Notes under the pieces: model-generated
Databases searched by the model: none
What the model was told of the DNA's origin: nothing
The model's input: only the letters and a program-made list of their open reading frames with translations
Translations under genes and position numbers: made by a program
Shown: piece after piece, positions 10,310-22,239 of the stretch
Position numbering within the stretch: position 1 is the first letter of the stretch
How the letters are laid out: each line of letters opens with the position of its first letter
Source: Coniocarpon cinnabarinum
Taxonomy: Eukaryota
NCBI GenBank assembly: GCA_051942205.1
Contig: JAVECO010000086.1
Location: 1 to 64,000 of the forward strand
DNA length: 64,000 nt
Direction: 5' to 3'

Positions 10310-13300
10310 ATGAATCAACAAGGTGGTCTTCAGCCTCCTGGCGGAAACCCGCAGCAGCGGAAGTTACACATTGCTCATCGTCGCAGTCCTTCGGAGCTGA
10401 CTCCACTCATGAGTAAGTCTCGCTCTTTGCAATGAAATTTCTTGTCACAAGCACGCCTGTACAGATCTTGGGCAAAGAAAACTAACGGTACGTATCGTAG
10501 TGGAGCAGCTGGCTCTTCAACAGCAAATAGAGGTGCTTCAACAGCAACAGCAGCAAATTGCGCAGCAGCAACAGTACATGGGTATGATGCCGAATCAATT
10601 TCAGCAGGGCGCAATCCCCAACCAAATGCCTGGCATGTCCCCTCAGCCGAACATGTATCAGTTTCCTCAACAGCAGATGCAGCCACAACCTCAACAACAG
10701 ATGGGCGGGGGCCTTGGCCAATCAATGCACGCCCCCTCGGCACACAGAAGAAATCTATCAGCTATGCCAGGTATGCCTTCCGGCGGCGGCCCTCCACCGG
10801 CACCATCATCAGGTGCGTCTGGCATGGGTGACTTCAATCTTCAAGGAAGGGAGAATGTTAACCCTCGAGGGCGTGGAGGTCCGCCTGGCGGTGGACACAC
10901 GAGAAGACATTCTTTGGCTCTACCTGAAGCTAAGAAGGCTGCAGAGCTTGCCGAACAAAAACGGAAGACGTCCGCTTTCCAATTTCCAATTCCTACGTCT
11001 GCCGGTGGCGCTCAGCCTCCCTCCCCGAATCGTGGCTTGAGCCCTGCTAGCGCCGAGACACAAGCTGAGGCGGGTGCTGCCGGTGGAAGGGGCACAAGCG
11101 CCACCCGTGGCGGCCACGGCCGCAGTCAAAGTATGGCTGTCGGTGGTGGTCGAGGTGCTCCGGCCGGGCGCGGCGGGCCATCGTTCAACTTTCCAGCCGC
11201 GCCCGCGCCAAGCCAAGGCGGGCATGCTCGTACAGGATCTCGGAATTTTGAGAGCAACTGGAGAAACCAGAGCAACGGTCAGGGAACCACACCGACGATC
11301 CAGGAGCAGCAGACGTCGAATATGGGAAATTTCAATATGAATCAACAAGCTGGCACCGGTCATCGTTCCCGACAATCCATGGCTTCCATCGGATCAATAG
11401 GTAACTTTCAATTTCCCAACCAGAACCAAATGATGCAGATGCCACAAAACCAGGTGATGATGCAGAATCCGCAAATGATGGGCGGTCAAGGTTTCAACCA
11501 GCTTCAGCTCGCACAGCTGCAGGCTCTGCAAGCTGCAGGACAAGGCAATGGAATGACGATGCAGGGAGCTGGTGCCATGAATGCTCAACAGCAGCAGCAA
11601 CAGCGAAAGACTTTGTTCACGCCCTACCTTCCTCAAGCGACTCTGCCAGCGCTCCTTAGCGACGGGCAACTGGTCTCTGGTATTCTCCGCGTGAACAAGA
11701 AGAATCGGAGCGATGCTTACGTGACGACCCCTGATCTTGACGCCGATATCTTCATCTGTGGTAGCAAAGATCGCAATCGTGCGCTCGAAGGCGACTTTGT
11801 TGCAGTTGAGCTACTTGATGTGGATGAGGTCTGGGGCCAGAAGCGTGAAAAGGAGGAGAAGAAGAAACGTAAGGACATTACGGACAATCGCCAGCCAAAC
11901 ACGTCCGCCAACGACGCCACGTCTGGTGGCGACAACAACCATCAAGCCACAGATGGCGGCATCAGACGTCGAGGTAGTCTACGCCAGCGTCCGACCCAGA
12001 AGAAGAACGATGACGTCGAGGTCGAGGGCCAGAGTCTTCTTCTGATGGAAGAAGAGGAGATCAATGACGAGCAAAAGCCTCTTTATGCTGGTCACGTCGT
12101 TGCTGTCATCGAGCGGATTGCAGGCCAAATGTTCTCCGGCACCCTCGGTCTCCTTCGTCCCAGCAGTCAAGCGACCAAAGAGAAGCAAGACGCTGAGCGA
12201 CAGGCGCGCGACGGGCCTGGTGGGCGCCATGAGAAGGTGCCGGACAAGCCAAAGATTGTCTGGTTCAAGCCAACAGACAAGCGTGTGCCGCTAATTGCCA
12301 TACCTACCGAGCAAGCTCCTCGTGATTTCGTGGAGAAGCATCAAGACTACGCCAACCGCATCTTCGTGGCTTGCATCAAGCGCTGGCCAATCACTTCACT
12401 GCATCCTTTTGGCACATTGGTTGAGCAACTTGGTGAAATGGGCGACCTTCGCGTGGAAACAGATGCACTTCTTCGAGACAACAACTTCGGACCTGATGAC
12501 TTTTCTGACGCTGTTATCAAAAGCATTGGGTTTGACGATTGGTCAGTGGAGAACGACGGGCCAGAGGCGCTCGCCAACCGCCGAGACTTCCGCTCTGAGT
12601 CTATCTTCACGATTGATCCGAATGGCACGAAGGAATTGGATGATGCCTTGCACTTCAAGACGCTCAATAATGGCCACATAGAAATTGGCGTGCACGTCGC
12701 GGATGTGGCTCACTTTATTAAAGCGAACTCACTCGTCGACCGTGAAGCGAAGAAGCGCGGAACAGGCGTCTACCTCATGAACAGGACTGTCAACATGCTT
12801 CCTGGAAAGCTTTGTGCCGAGGTCTGCTCTCTGAGTCCGGACCAAGACAGATACGCTGTTTCGGTTGTGTTCACAATTGATTCTCAAACTGGGAAGACCA
12901 TTGACGAGGCAACGTGGATCGGCAAGTCCGTCATTAAAAGCACCGGCAAGGTCACCTATGACGATGTGGATGCAGTGATTGCTGGGAAGGGATCACATTC
13001 GCTACCTTCGACACGAACACAAGAGGTTCAGACACTGTACCAGCTGGCTCAAAAAATGCGTCAAGACCGTCTCGGTGATCGCGAGGTTGATTCAACAGCG
13101 TTGCGACTCCTGTATCAACTGGACGACGAAAATGTCCCAGTTGAAGAGAACATTTTCAATTCTTCCAACGCGCACGAGCTCATCGAAGAGGTCAGCCATC
13201 GTGCAAACGCCATTGTCGCCCAAAAACTGCTTGATACTCTTGGAGAGAAGGCTTGGCTTCGACGCCAAGGAGCACCCAATCCACGCCGCCTGCAAACCTT

Positions 13301-14441
13301 TGCTGAGAGAATGTCAATTAACGGCTTTGAGGTCGACACATCCAGCAGCGGCTCTCTGCAGACAAGCTTGTTTAAACTTGACGACGGTGACCTACGAAAG
13401 GGCATGGAGACTCTGCTCATCAAGTCAATGCAGCGTGCTAAATACACCGTTGCTGGACGGACTCTTCCAGAAGAGTTGCCTCATTTCGCCTTGAATCTTC
13501 CAGTTTACACTCATTTCACGAACCCGTCCCGACGGTACGCGGACATTATCGTTCATCGCCAGCTGGAGGCTGCTTTGACTGGAAATGTGGAAGACTTGAC
13601 CGAAGATTTGGAGTCCATGAGCAAGACTGCGGAACTGTGCAACACGAAGAAAGACTCGGCTTTTGCAGCACAGGAGCAAAGTGTGCACATCGAATCCTGC
13701 CGCAACATTGACCGCCTTCGTGAGGCAAAAGGCGGAGATCTCATCTGTGAGGGTGTTGTCTTGTGCGTGTATGAATCTGCTTTCGACGTCCTGATGCCAG
13801 AATACGGGTTTGAGAAACGTGTGCATTGCGATCAACTTCCTCTCAAGAAAGCCGAGTTCGACAAGAACAAACGAGTGCTCGAGCTGTACTGGGAGAAGGG
13901 CGTGCCGTCGTCTGCATACATTCCAGAGGACGAACGACAAGGCGGCTCAATTCGTGGAGGTAGAGGTGTTGCGGAACGTCGATCCGAGAATGCACGCAAA
14001 CAACAGGAGCATGAAGAGGCTCAACGCCGCCAGATAGACACTGGCACTATCAATACTGATGACGCCGACGCGTTGTTTGATGACGACGACGACACTTCTG
14101 GAATCACTGAAGCCACTGCGGGCGTTTCGCTGGGTAACTCCACTCACGCCCCGGCTTCCTCCCATGAGGCGTCACCGAAGCTGGTTGACTCCAAGAAGGT
14201 GGCTGATGCACCAGAGACTAAGCTTTCTGACAGGGATCGTTATCTCAAGTACTTCACGCTTCGAGAGGAAGGTAATGACCATATTCAGGACGTGAAGGAG
14301 ATGTCTCGCGTTCCCGTGATCCTTAAGACTGATCTTAGCAAGAGTCCACCGTGAGTAACTGCCCATGCAATTCACATCTCTTGAGACTGACTTTAGCATA
14401 GCTGTTTGACCATTCGGTCGCTCAACCCTTACGCATTGTGA
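10310..14441 (+). CDS. SSD1: Ssd1/GUL-1 RNB-family RNA-binding protein (3 exons)
   Basis: Exon 1 LHIAHRRSPSELTPLM, intron 10413-10500, Q/G/M-rich N-terminus, RKTLFTPYLPQA, KDRNRALEGD, KPKIVWFKPTDKRVPLIAIP, YTHFTNPSRRYAD, intron 14351-14401, terminal CLTIRSLNPYAL*. Confidence 0.95.
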
Positions 14442-15144
14442 AGGGATTTGAAGGACTTCGGAGAGCTCATTGAGCTTGGAGTGTCTGTTACTATTGTTAG
14501 CACATCTTTCACGAACGTTCCTTTCTCATCGTTGGACGATGCACCGCCCATCTCGAACGAGCTTCATAACATTCGTTCGTCGAACGCCAAGATTCATTCG
14601 AAATAACGAGAGCAGCAATAGGCATTAAGGCGAATTATTTACACGGTCGACCCCAGTAAACCTTTGAAAGAGGGCTGCCTAGATGGATTGAGTGGGTAGA
14701 GACGAGCCTGAAACTGGTGAAGGAGTGATCGGTGTTGACGGAGGAGAGGGGACTGGCGTCATTACTTCGTGTGCATTTAGCAGCTAGGTAATGCGTACGT
14801 ATTTTGCTAATGGGATTGTCATGGGCACTTGGGATCTGTCGTGTCTTGTTCGTCTTCATATCTTGCGAGTCGTGCATGCGCATAGACACCAAACGCGGTG
14901 GTCCACTCAATCCAGGCGAGGAATCTTACAGCGTGCACTTGCCAGCACAAGGACAGCCATCGATGGTTCAAATGAGACCTTGCTCGCTTGACATGCATGT
15001 ACTAATCCATGCTCGCTCTTTTACCAAAAACCAGATCATGACACCATATGCAATATCCAAATACCCTTTGTACCCAATGCAACCCATCTATACCATGCTC
15101 GAGACGTTGAGTTCATAAACAATGCGTTGCATGTATACTGAAAT

Positions 15145-18028
15145 CTATACCCCCAGCTTCCGCAGCGTCCCCTTCGCCGTGCTAATCTTGAGCCCCATCC
15201 GCACGTCAAGATCGTAACTCTCCCACTTCCCAACCTCCTCGAGGAGGCGCTGGCATTCTTTGAGCTTGGATCGGTTGACGGTGTTGCCGTTGTCATCTTG
15301 CATCGTGTCGTCCTTGTTGTCTTTCTCCGCCGACGAGCTCGATCCGGCTGCGCTCGGATCGGTTGGACTCACGCCTGCGGAACTCGAGCCGTCATTGACT
15401 TCGAATCTTTGCGTCCAGTGCGAGGCTGCGAGCTCATAGTGGCCCATTGGGATGGCCCACGTGTCGCCGCTTTTATTGGCGTGCGCTTTGAATGTGTTCC
15501 AGGGGAAGGCGGTGACGAGTTGGTCTTGGAGGTATGTTTGTGCAGTGCTGATGAGGTTGATGCCAGTGGGTCTGGCGCTGGACTCGGATACAGCGGCTGT
15601 GGCGTCGACGTCGAAGCTTGCGTCGTGTGCTGTGCTCTTGACGGCTAAGCCGGCTTCGAGCATGCCGAGTCGTCTGAGGACTGTCGCTCGGAGGAGCACG
15701 ACGGAGGCCTTGTCGTCGTCTGAGAGTTCGTCTTTGCGTGGATCGACAGGTCGCAATTCTTCGTCTGGAAGGTGGCTGTAGTCGCCGTCGCAGAAGGCGA
15801 GACGACGGAGTGATTGCACGAGCGTGGGTGCACGCATGCGACCGTGTCCACCCCAGAAGAGATTCATTTCTTCGAGGGGAGAGCCTCCAATGACATCGAT
15901 AAGTGGGAGCTTCGTCGCTTCGGCTTGTGCACGCCATTTGGTGATTTTGCGGCTGATGAAGGCGTCGAAGGGGAGTTGCTGGGCCATGATCTTCTTCTTC
16001 TTGGAGGCGGGGTACGCCTTGTCGAGGAGGGTGGTAACAATTTCTTTGTGCTTTTCCGCGAGTTCTTCATCAGGTGTCACGAGCGTGTATGTTGCGTGTG
16101 GGGCACGGTTTTGACGCGTGACGGGAGTATCATTTGGTGGTGGGGCTGAAGAGAGGAGATACCCGCCGCACTTGTAGATGCGATATTGTTCGATTTCGGC
16201 GCAGGCAGAGATGTAGTAGTAGAGACTGTGGCTCCAGTTGTTGAGATCGATACATGCCTGGAAGGACTTGCTGCAGAGATCGTAGGCGTGAAGGTACAGA
16301 CAGTCCATGCTGCGGTCAAAGTGGCGGATGGCCTTGATTTGGCGCGACACAGAGTTTGTGGGGTCAGCTGGCTCGTCCTCATCGTCCCCCAGCTCGCCGA
16401 GTGGGCCGTTGCCGTCACCGAGCATGGTGATGGAGGTCTCAAGGTCGCGCTCAGCAGAGCACATACGAGCCTCTTCCTTTTGCCAGAGCTTGCCTTCCGG
16501 GTAGCGCTTGCGTTGGGCAACGATAAGTTTAAGAAGCTGTTCCTGAGGCCATGCGCCCTTGCCTTGGATGTCGAAGAATGAGACGAGGCCGTTGTAGACC
16601 TCGACAATGGTCATGCCTGCGATAGCGCCTTGAATCGAGTCGTTGTTGCTGGAACGCCAGAGGAGGGAAAGGCCACGCTCGCGGTCACCACGGAAGCCGA
16701 GGATGCTTAAGAACGGGCTGAATGATGGCGGGATGAGAGAGGCTAGGAAAAGAAGCAAGCCGTATTGAGTTAAGACAGAGGTATGGATGAAGGCATCCAT
16801 TGGATGTTCGACGTATGGAAGCATTGGATCGCTGATGGGATTGGTGTCGATATCCGAAAGGTTGATTTCGTCGCTATTAGTGTTGCCTGCTTTTGCTTTG
16901 GAGCTTGAAGAGGAATTCGAAGTCGGAGATTGCTTTGGTGAAGGATTGGGCGGCGTCGTGGCAGCGCTCGACGAAGCCGTTTGATTCTTCGCTTCGTCAA
17001 AGTCTTCACCAGCATCAACAAAAGATTCGCTATCGGAATCGCCGTCATGCTCCTTGGCTGCATCTTGGGTAGTCTTGCCCTTTGCAAGCAATGAGTTAGC
17101 TTCCTTTGCGTCCTCTTCTTTGAAAGCCGAAGAGTTAAAAGACGACATCGACGTGTTCGCGGATTTCAGCGCATCTCGCATTTGCTCTGACTGTGCGTCT
17201 CCAGCATCGTTCGGCTTTGAACGCGTGCTCACTTTGGATGACGCTCGCAACAGAGCATTTTCTTCCACGCCGTGTTTGTCGCAAAATCGTTTCTCCATGG
17301 CGGCGATGGACTCAAGAGTGCCCCATGCTTTCCGTACTTTGTAGAAGCCTTTAACACTCTCGGTCACGCTTTCGCTTAGCACGCCCAGAACTGCAATCAT
17401 GATCTGCGCTTGAGCGTGGCAGATGGCGTACTCAGTGCCAACATCGTAGACGCTACTTTTCCACGCTGTGAAAGAGCTGTTAGCTGAATGGCTCAGATAT
17501 TAGGCTCTGTGTTGTTTCAATGATCCGCTTCACCGGCTAGTCCTGCCATTGTTCATAATTCATAACTTCACAGAGTTGATGCCCGTAAGTGGAGGCCAAC
17601 GAACGCATGCCACATTTGAAAAGTCATGCACCAATAATGAATAGTGCTAGGGAGAGGGACGGGTGCGCTACAAGCATAGACTTACCAGACGCACTGTGCT
17701 TCACACAGTTACTATGTGCGGCGCTAGTGGCTTGCTCGGCATTAACAAGTGCTGTATGGGCCTCTTTCATGGCCTCTTTCTCAAATCCCAACGTAGCTTT
17801 TAGAAAAATAAGAGTTGCATGCCCGACCAGATGGAATGCCGTGGATCCAGACGAGAGCTCGGACTCGGCAAGGTCCATCTCATCGTTCATGATGCGGTTT
17901 GCAGCCCGCAGAGCATGCAGGAAGTCTTCCAGCTCGCCATGTTCATCCGACTGCGAGTTTCGACGAGAACTCGGGGCTGAACTAGTGGTGGAGACTTTGC
18001 TACGAAAGGCACTGAAAAAGCCAGGCAT
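15145..18028 (-). CDS. IML2: Iml2/TTC39-family protein (2 exons)
   Basis: FLKATLGFEKEAMKEA in exon 1; intron about 17466-17685; YDVGTEYAICHAQAQIM, ILGFRGDRERGL, LNNWSHSLYYY, QQLPFDAFISRKITKW, WESYDLDVRMGLKISTA. Confidence 0.9.
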
Positions 18029-18632
18029 GGCTGTGGAAAGGTATGACCAAGAAAACAGTATACGAAAGCAGAGAGATTCGACGGTCTGCCCGAAGAATTA
18101 ATAGAGATCGCTAAGTGGGTACTTCACACAAGGATACAACCGCGTTGAGGAGAGATAAGCACGTGAGGGCCACGTTGCGGCGGCCTGAAAGAAAACGTGT
18201 CAAAGAGACGGATGGGTGGCGCGGACATGCGATCTTGACTCTATCAAGAGGCGCTGAGACAGTATTCGCGCATCGAACTCATGTCTTCTCGTTCATGGCT
18301 TGCGCGGACCAGGTCCATGTTTATCTGACTTTCAGAAGTCAATTGTGGTGCCTGGCCAGCTGTCAAGGCGTCATGATCGCCAAGACACATCTGAACGATC
18401 GCTGCTCCGTCGCCCGTGATTTCTCCAATCTCCGCTCCGCTCGGATTCGTCCTCTACCTAGCTCCGGCTTGGAGGGAGCCGCTTGCCAAGATTTCCCGCG
18501 GTAGCTACCGTCTATGTCATTCCAGGCAATTGAAGACATATAAGTGTGTGCTCGCTTATCTACACTCTATCACTCTATGCCATCGCCGTTGGTGCCAACA
18601 TAGCTGGCGCCTCCCTCCAGGACCAAAACAAT

Positions 18633-19820
18633 ATGGGGAAATCCAAGCCAGATAGACGCTCCGCCCACAAAATCGCTTCGAGAAAAGCTCGCCGAAGCAA
18701 GCAGACCACTGCGACTTATGATCCAAATCTTGCAAGCAGTCTTCTGGCACAAGCCCAATCCTCTCTATCTACGAATGATCTTGACGCAGCCTTAAGAGCA
18801 GCCCAAAAGGCTGCGCAGCTTTTGCAAGTCCCTAGCGCCCAATCGCCATGCCTTGAGCAACTCCCAGCATTTGAAGTGCTTGGAGTAGTCTATTTAGAAT
18901 TAGGGGATCCCACGACGGCGCAGGACAGCTTTCTGCTCGCTAGCCAAGTCGACCCCGATGGCGAACATGCTGGAGCAGAGAAGTTCTTATGGCTTGCGCA
19001 ACTCTCGGAAGAAGGTGGCCAAGACACAATTCAGTGGTTGGAGAGAGGAATAAAGTGCTTGCAGAGAAGCTCAGACCAACTCGCGCAACTACTGCAAGAC
19101 GGGTCAGCAGAAGGGCCGCGGCAGGAAGAGATAAGGACCGAGCTTCGGATTATTACGGACAAGATTGCAAATGCTCTGTGCAGCGCTGCCGAAGTATACA
19201 TGACCGACCTGAGTTTTGAAGACGACTGCGAAGAGAAGTGCGAAAGATTCGCTGAGCAAGCTGCGAAAGTTGCACCCAGCAGTCCAGTCGTTTTACAGAC
19301 ACTCGCAAACATAAGAGTATCTCAACAACGTATTGAGGAAGCTCGTCAGCTCCTTGAGCAGAGTATGTCCATCTGGGATCGGAGCTCTGGGACCAAGAGG
19401 CCCGGCCCAACAGATGAGGAAGCACAGTCTGATGATGAGGAAGAATCAGGGGACATCGGTTTCAGTGACATGCCTGATTTTGCTACTCGCATAAGTCTTT
19501 GCCGGCTGCTCATGGAGGTTGAGATGAGCCCACGAGCGCTGAGCATTCTCGAGCGGCTGACTGAAGAAGACGACAGCAGTGTAGAAGCATGGTATTTGGG
19601 CGGATGGTGTCAGCATTTAATAATTTCAGATGACAATAGTGCTCAAGAAGACGAGGTGGACGGCCTGCAAGGTTGTGAAAAATGGCTGCAGCGATGTCTA
19701 GAGGAATACGGCAAGCAACAATACGAGGATGATCGCCTCAGAGATCATGCTACTACACTTCATGGAGAAGTGAAAGCGCGGCTCAAAACTTTGGAACCCA
19801 TGGAAAGTGAAGCAACGTAG
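18633..19820 (+). CDS. ACL4: TPR protein, assembly chaperone of Rpl4 (Acl4-like)
   Basis: MGKSKPDRR start; GAEKFLWLAQLSEEGG, AEVYMTDLSFE, LQTLANIRVSQQR, EDDSSVEAWYLGGW. Confidence 0.85.
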   Translation: MGKSKPDRRSAHKIASRKARRSKQTTATYDPNLASSLLAQAQSSLSTNDLDAALRAAQKAAQLLQVPSAQSPCLEQLPAFEVLGVVYLELGDPTTAQDSFLLASQVDPDGEHAGAEKFLWLAQLSEEGGQDTIQWLERGIKCLQRSSDQLAQLLQDGSAEGPRQEEIRTELRIITDKIANALCSAAEVYMTDLSFEDDCEEKCERFAEQAAKVAPSSPVVLQTLANIRVSQQRIEEARQLLEQSMSIWDRSSGTKRPGPTDEEAQSDDEEESGDIGFSDMPDFATRISLCRLLMEVEMSPRALSILERLTEEDDSSVEAWYLGGWCQHLIISDDNSAQEDEVDGLQGCEKWLQRCLEEYGKQQYEDDRLRDHATTLHGEVKARLKTLEPMESEAT

Positions 19821-19949
19821 ACAGGAACAACTTAAGCAGAACTCGATGTGTATCAAGATGGTATATCATTCGTCGTTCGTGTCGAGGTCTGGTCAACTGG
19901 GTTGTCTCTCAATGCTGTTGACCATGAACAAGTCGGCATGAACACATCA

Positions 19950-20358
19950 CTAGCCCAATGGCTTGCCTTGGCCTGCATTCTCGACGCCTTGGCCCAAGGA
20001 CCCCACTCCCTTCGACAGACCGTCTCCCACAGCTTGCAGTCCGTCGGTGGCGGGCTTCACAGCTCCACCAGTGGCCTTATTGACCATGTTAGCGTGGACA
20101 GGTTACAAATCGAATTAGACATACGCTGTCCAAAGTCTCGCTCACTCCACCAACAGCGGTGCCAACAGTGTTGCCAGCAGTCCTAATAGTGTGATGATCA
20201 GCACGAGATCTTTACAGGGCCGCACACATATTGTAGTGCCCTTACTTGGTCACACCTCCAGCAGCGTTGCCAACAGTTGAGGTGCCGCTGAGGGCAGCGC
20301 CTGAGAGTCCACCGCCCTCCTGCTTCTTGCTGTCGTCACCACCAAGAATTCCAGACAT
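19950..20358 (-). CDS. Small Gly/Ala/Thr-rich protein B (98 aa, 3 exons), unknown function
   Basis: Exons 20358-20246, 20182-20125 and 20075-19950 with GTAAGG and GTATGT donors keep frame: MSGILGGDDSKKQEGGGLSG...VKPATDGLQAVGDGLSKGVGSLGQGVENAGQGKPLG*. Confidence 0.8.
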
Positions 20359-20980
20359 GTTGCCGACGGATTGGAGAGTGTATGTGCGAATTCAACTTCG
20401 TTTGAGTTCTGCAGTGTTATGCTTCCGAAATCAGCTTGGAATACTACAATTAAAGCTGCGTAGATAATATACCCCAGGGCTTGGTGAGGAATGAATGTTA
20501 AGGCCCCCGCATTTCCCAGAATGAGGTCATGCCTAGAACACATCTGAGATCGTGGGCAGAAACTTATCAAGTCAGCCCAGGCACAGACGTGCAAGAATAG
20601 CGCGAGCACGCAAGGGTCCAGCTTAATCGTCTTGCCTATTGTCACGCACAAGGGTCCATGCTAGTACTGTCATTGGCTCGGCTGCGCTGTCACACTTGAC
20701 AGCTGCCATTCAGAAGCGAAGCAGACGAGCGTCGGCAAAGGTAATTGATACATGGAGCTTCTGACCTCCTCACATAACACGATCATCTCGATTCTCACGC
20801 GCCGCATCTCGATTTGCGTTCACGAGTTCACGAGAAGATCTGCTTTGAATCTTGTCGCGACTCAACAAGAGAATTTGCTTGCAATACGTCCATCATTCAG
20901 TCATCACAAGGTCATGTGCTGAGTTGCTATCGACTACGACTTCGCAGCACGAAGACCATGGCTGTTCAGGCTGAGATAAC

Positions 20981-21367
20981 TCATGGCTTCTTGCCCACAC
21001 TACCGCGCTCGACGCCACTAGCAACTGATTCTGATCCGCCTTGCACGCCCTGCAGAATGGCAGTCAATATCTCTGTCTTGCTGGAGGAATGACAAGAAGA
21101 CTGTGCTTACTTTGCCCAGAGCTGATAAGCCATCTCCAACAGGCTTCAGGGCATCACCGGAAGCGCTCTGTATTGTCTCATAAGTGACTGAATCATCTGC
21201 ATTGTCTCTGTTCAACGTACGTTGACAGTGCTACCCAGGCCATCACCAAGGGCACCGACAACACCGCCCGTAGTCCTGGACAGACCTCCCACTAGGCTTC
21301 CCGCAGTGCCCGTGACGGCTGTTGCTGCGCCCGTCACACTTCCGCGTTTTTCTTCTTCAAGCACCAT
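20981..21367 (-). CDS. Small Gly/Ala/Ser-rich protein A (90 aa, 3 exons), paralog of protein B
   Basis: Exons 21367-21221, 21167-21111 and 21049-20981 with GTACGT and GTAAGC donors: MVLEEEKRGSVTGAATAV...LKPVGDGLSALGKGVQGGSESVASGVERGSVGKKP*. Confidence 0.8.
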
Positions 21368-22239
21368 GCTGGGGTAAATTCAAGTAAAGGGCTTGAGGGT
21401 GAACGCGTAAGGAATTACGAAGGTGAGATCTTTGCAGTCTAGCTGGGGATGTAGGTCTTGGTTGGTTGTAGGATGCTGCGAGGCGCTTATGCAAAAGCTT
21501 GACGTTGAGTACGCCCCTCGTGGCTGGTAATAAACGAGGCGCTGACGAGGACTGGGGAGGTATGAGGTCATTTTGAGGTCATTGGCCACGTACGACGTAC
21601 CACGTGCTCCAGCTCATCATCCAACCAGCTGGCGGTGTGCACTCGTAGCACTCATTGGAAGTCGCCGCCCCAATGACTCGAGCTGATTTCAGCCACCAGA
21701 GCATGTCACGTGCAGACTGGCGCTGTGTGGCTGAGCCATCCTCATGTTGCGCCTAGGCGCTGGCCTAAAGCACTCCTCTAAAATCTGCTCGGCCTCACCC
21801 GGTGCAGATGCCCTCGACTAATATAATCAGGGCAGCTCAGCTTCAATGGTTCGCAATGGTTGAGCCTCTCACTGCCTTGTGCAAGGATCAGGTCCAGTCA
21901 CACGCCGCCTGCTTGCGCAGATACCAGCGCCTTGTCCCACCCTCTGGGCGAGCAAAGTGCTGGTTGCGTTATGACGGTCCTTCTCGTTTGCCTTGGTCCA
22001 GCTCAGTGGGCCAGAGCTCTTATGTGCGCAGCTGTCTCGAACCAAACCTCGTCTGCTTGTGGTCAAGACTGTGCTTTAGCGCTGAGTCAGAGCTCCCGGT
22101 TGCCTGACGCCCTGTCGCCTAAAGTGTGATATTGCCTATGATGTGTTACAGTGCACTCTACTTAAGCACACATTCTTTCTCTGCTTTCATCTCCACTCTC
22201 TCTCATTGCTCGTCTACGTAGCACTCTCATCCCAACAAC

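Noticed and set aside
17466..17685. Long IML2 intron with CTCTGTG/CACAGAG inverted repeat
   Set aside because: Only a 7-bp stem; no convincing C/D, H/ACA or TPP riboswitch motifs.
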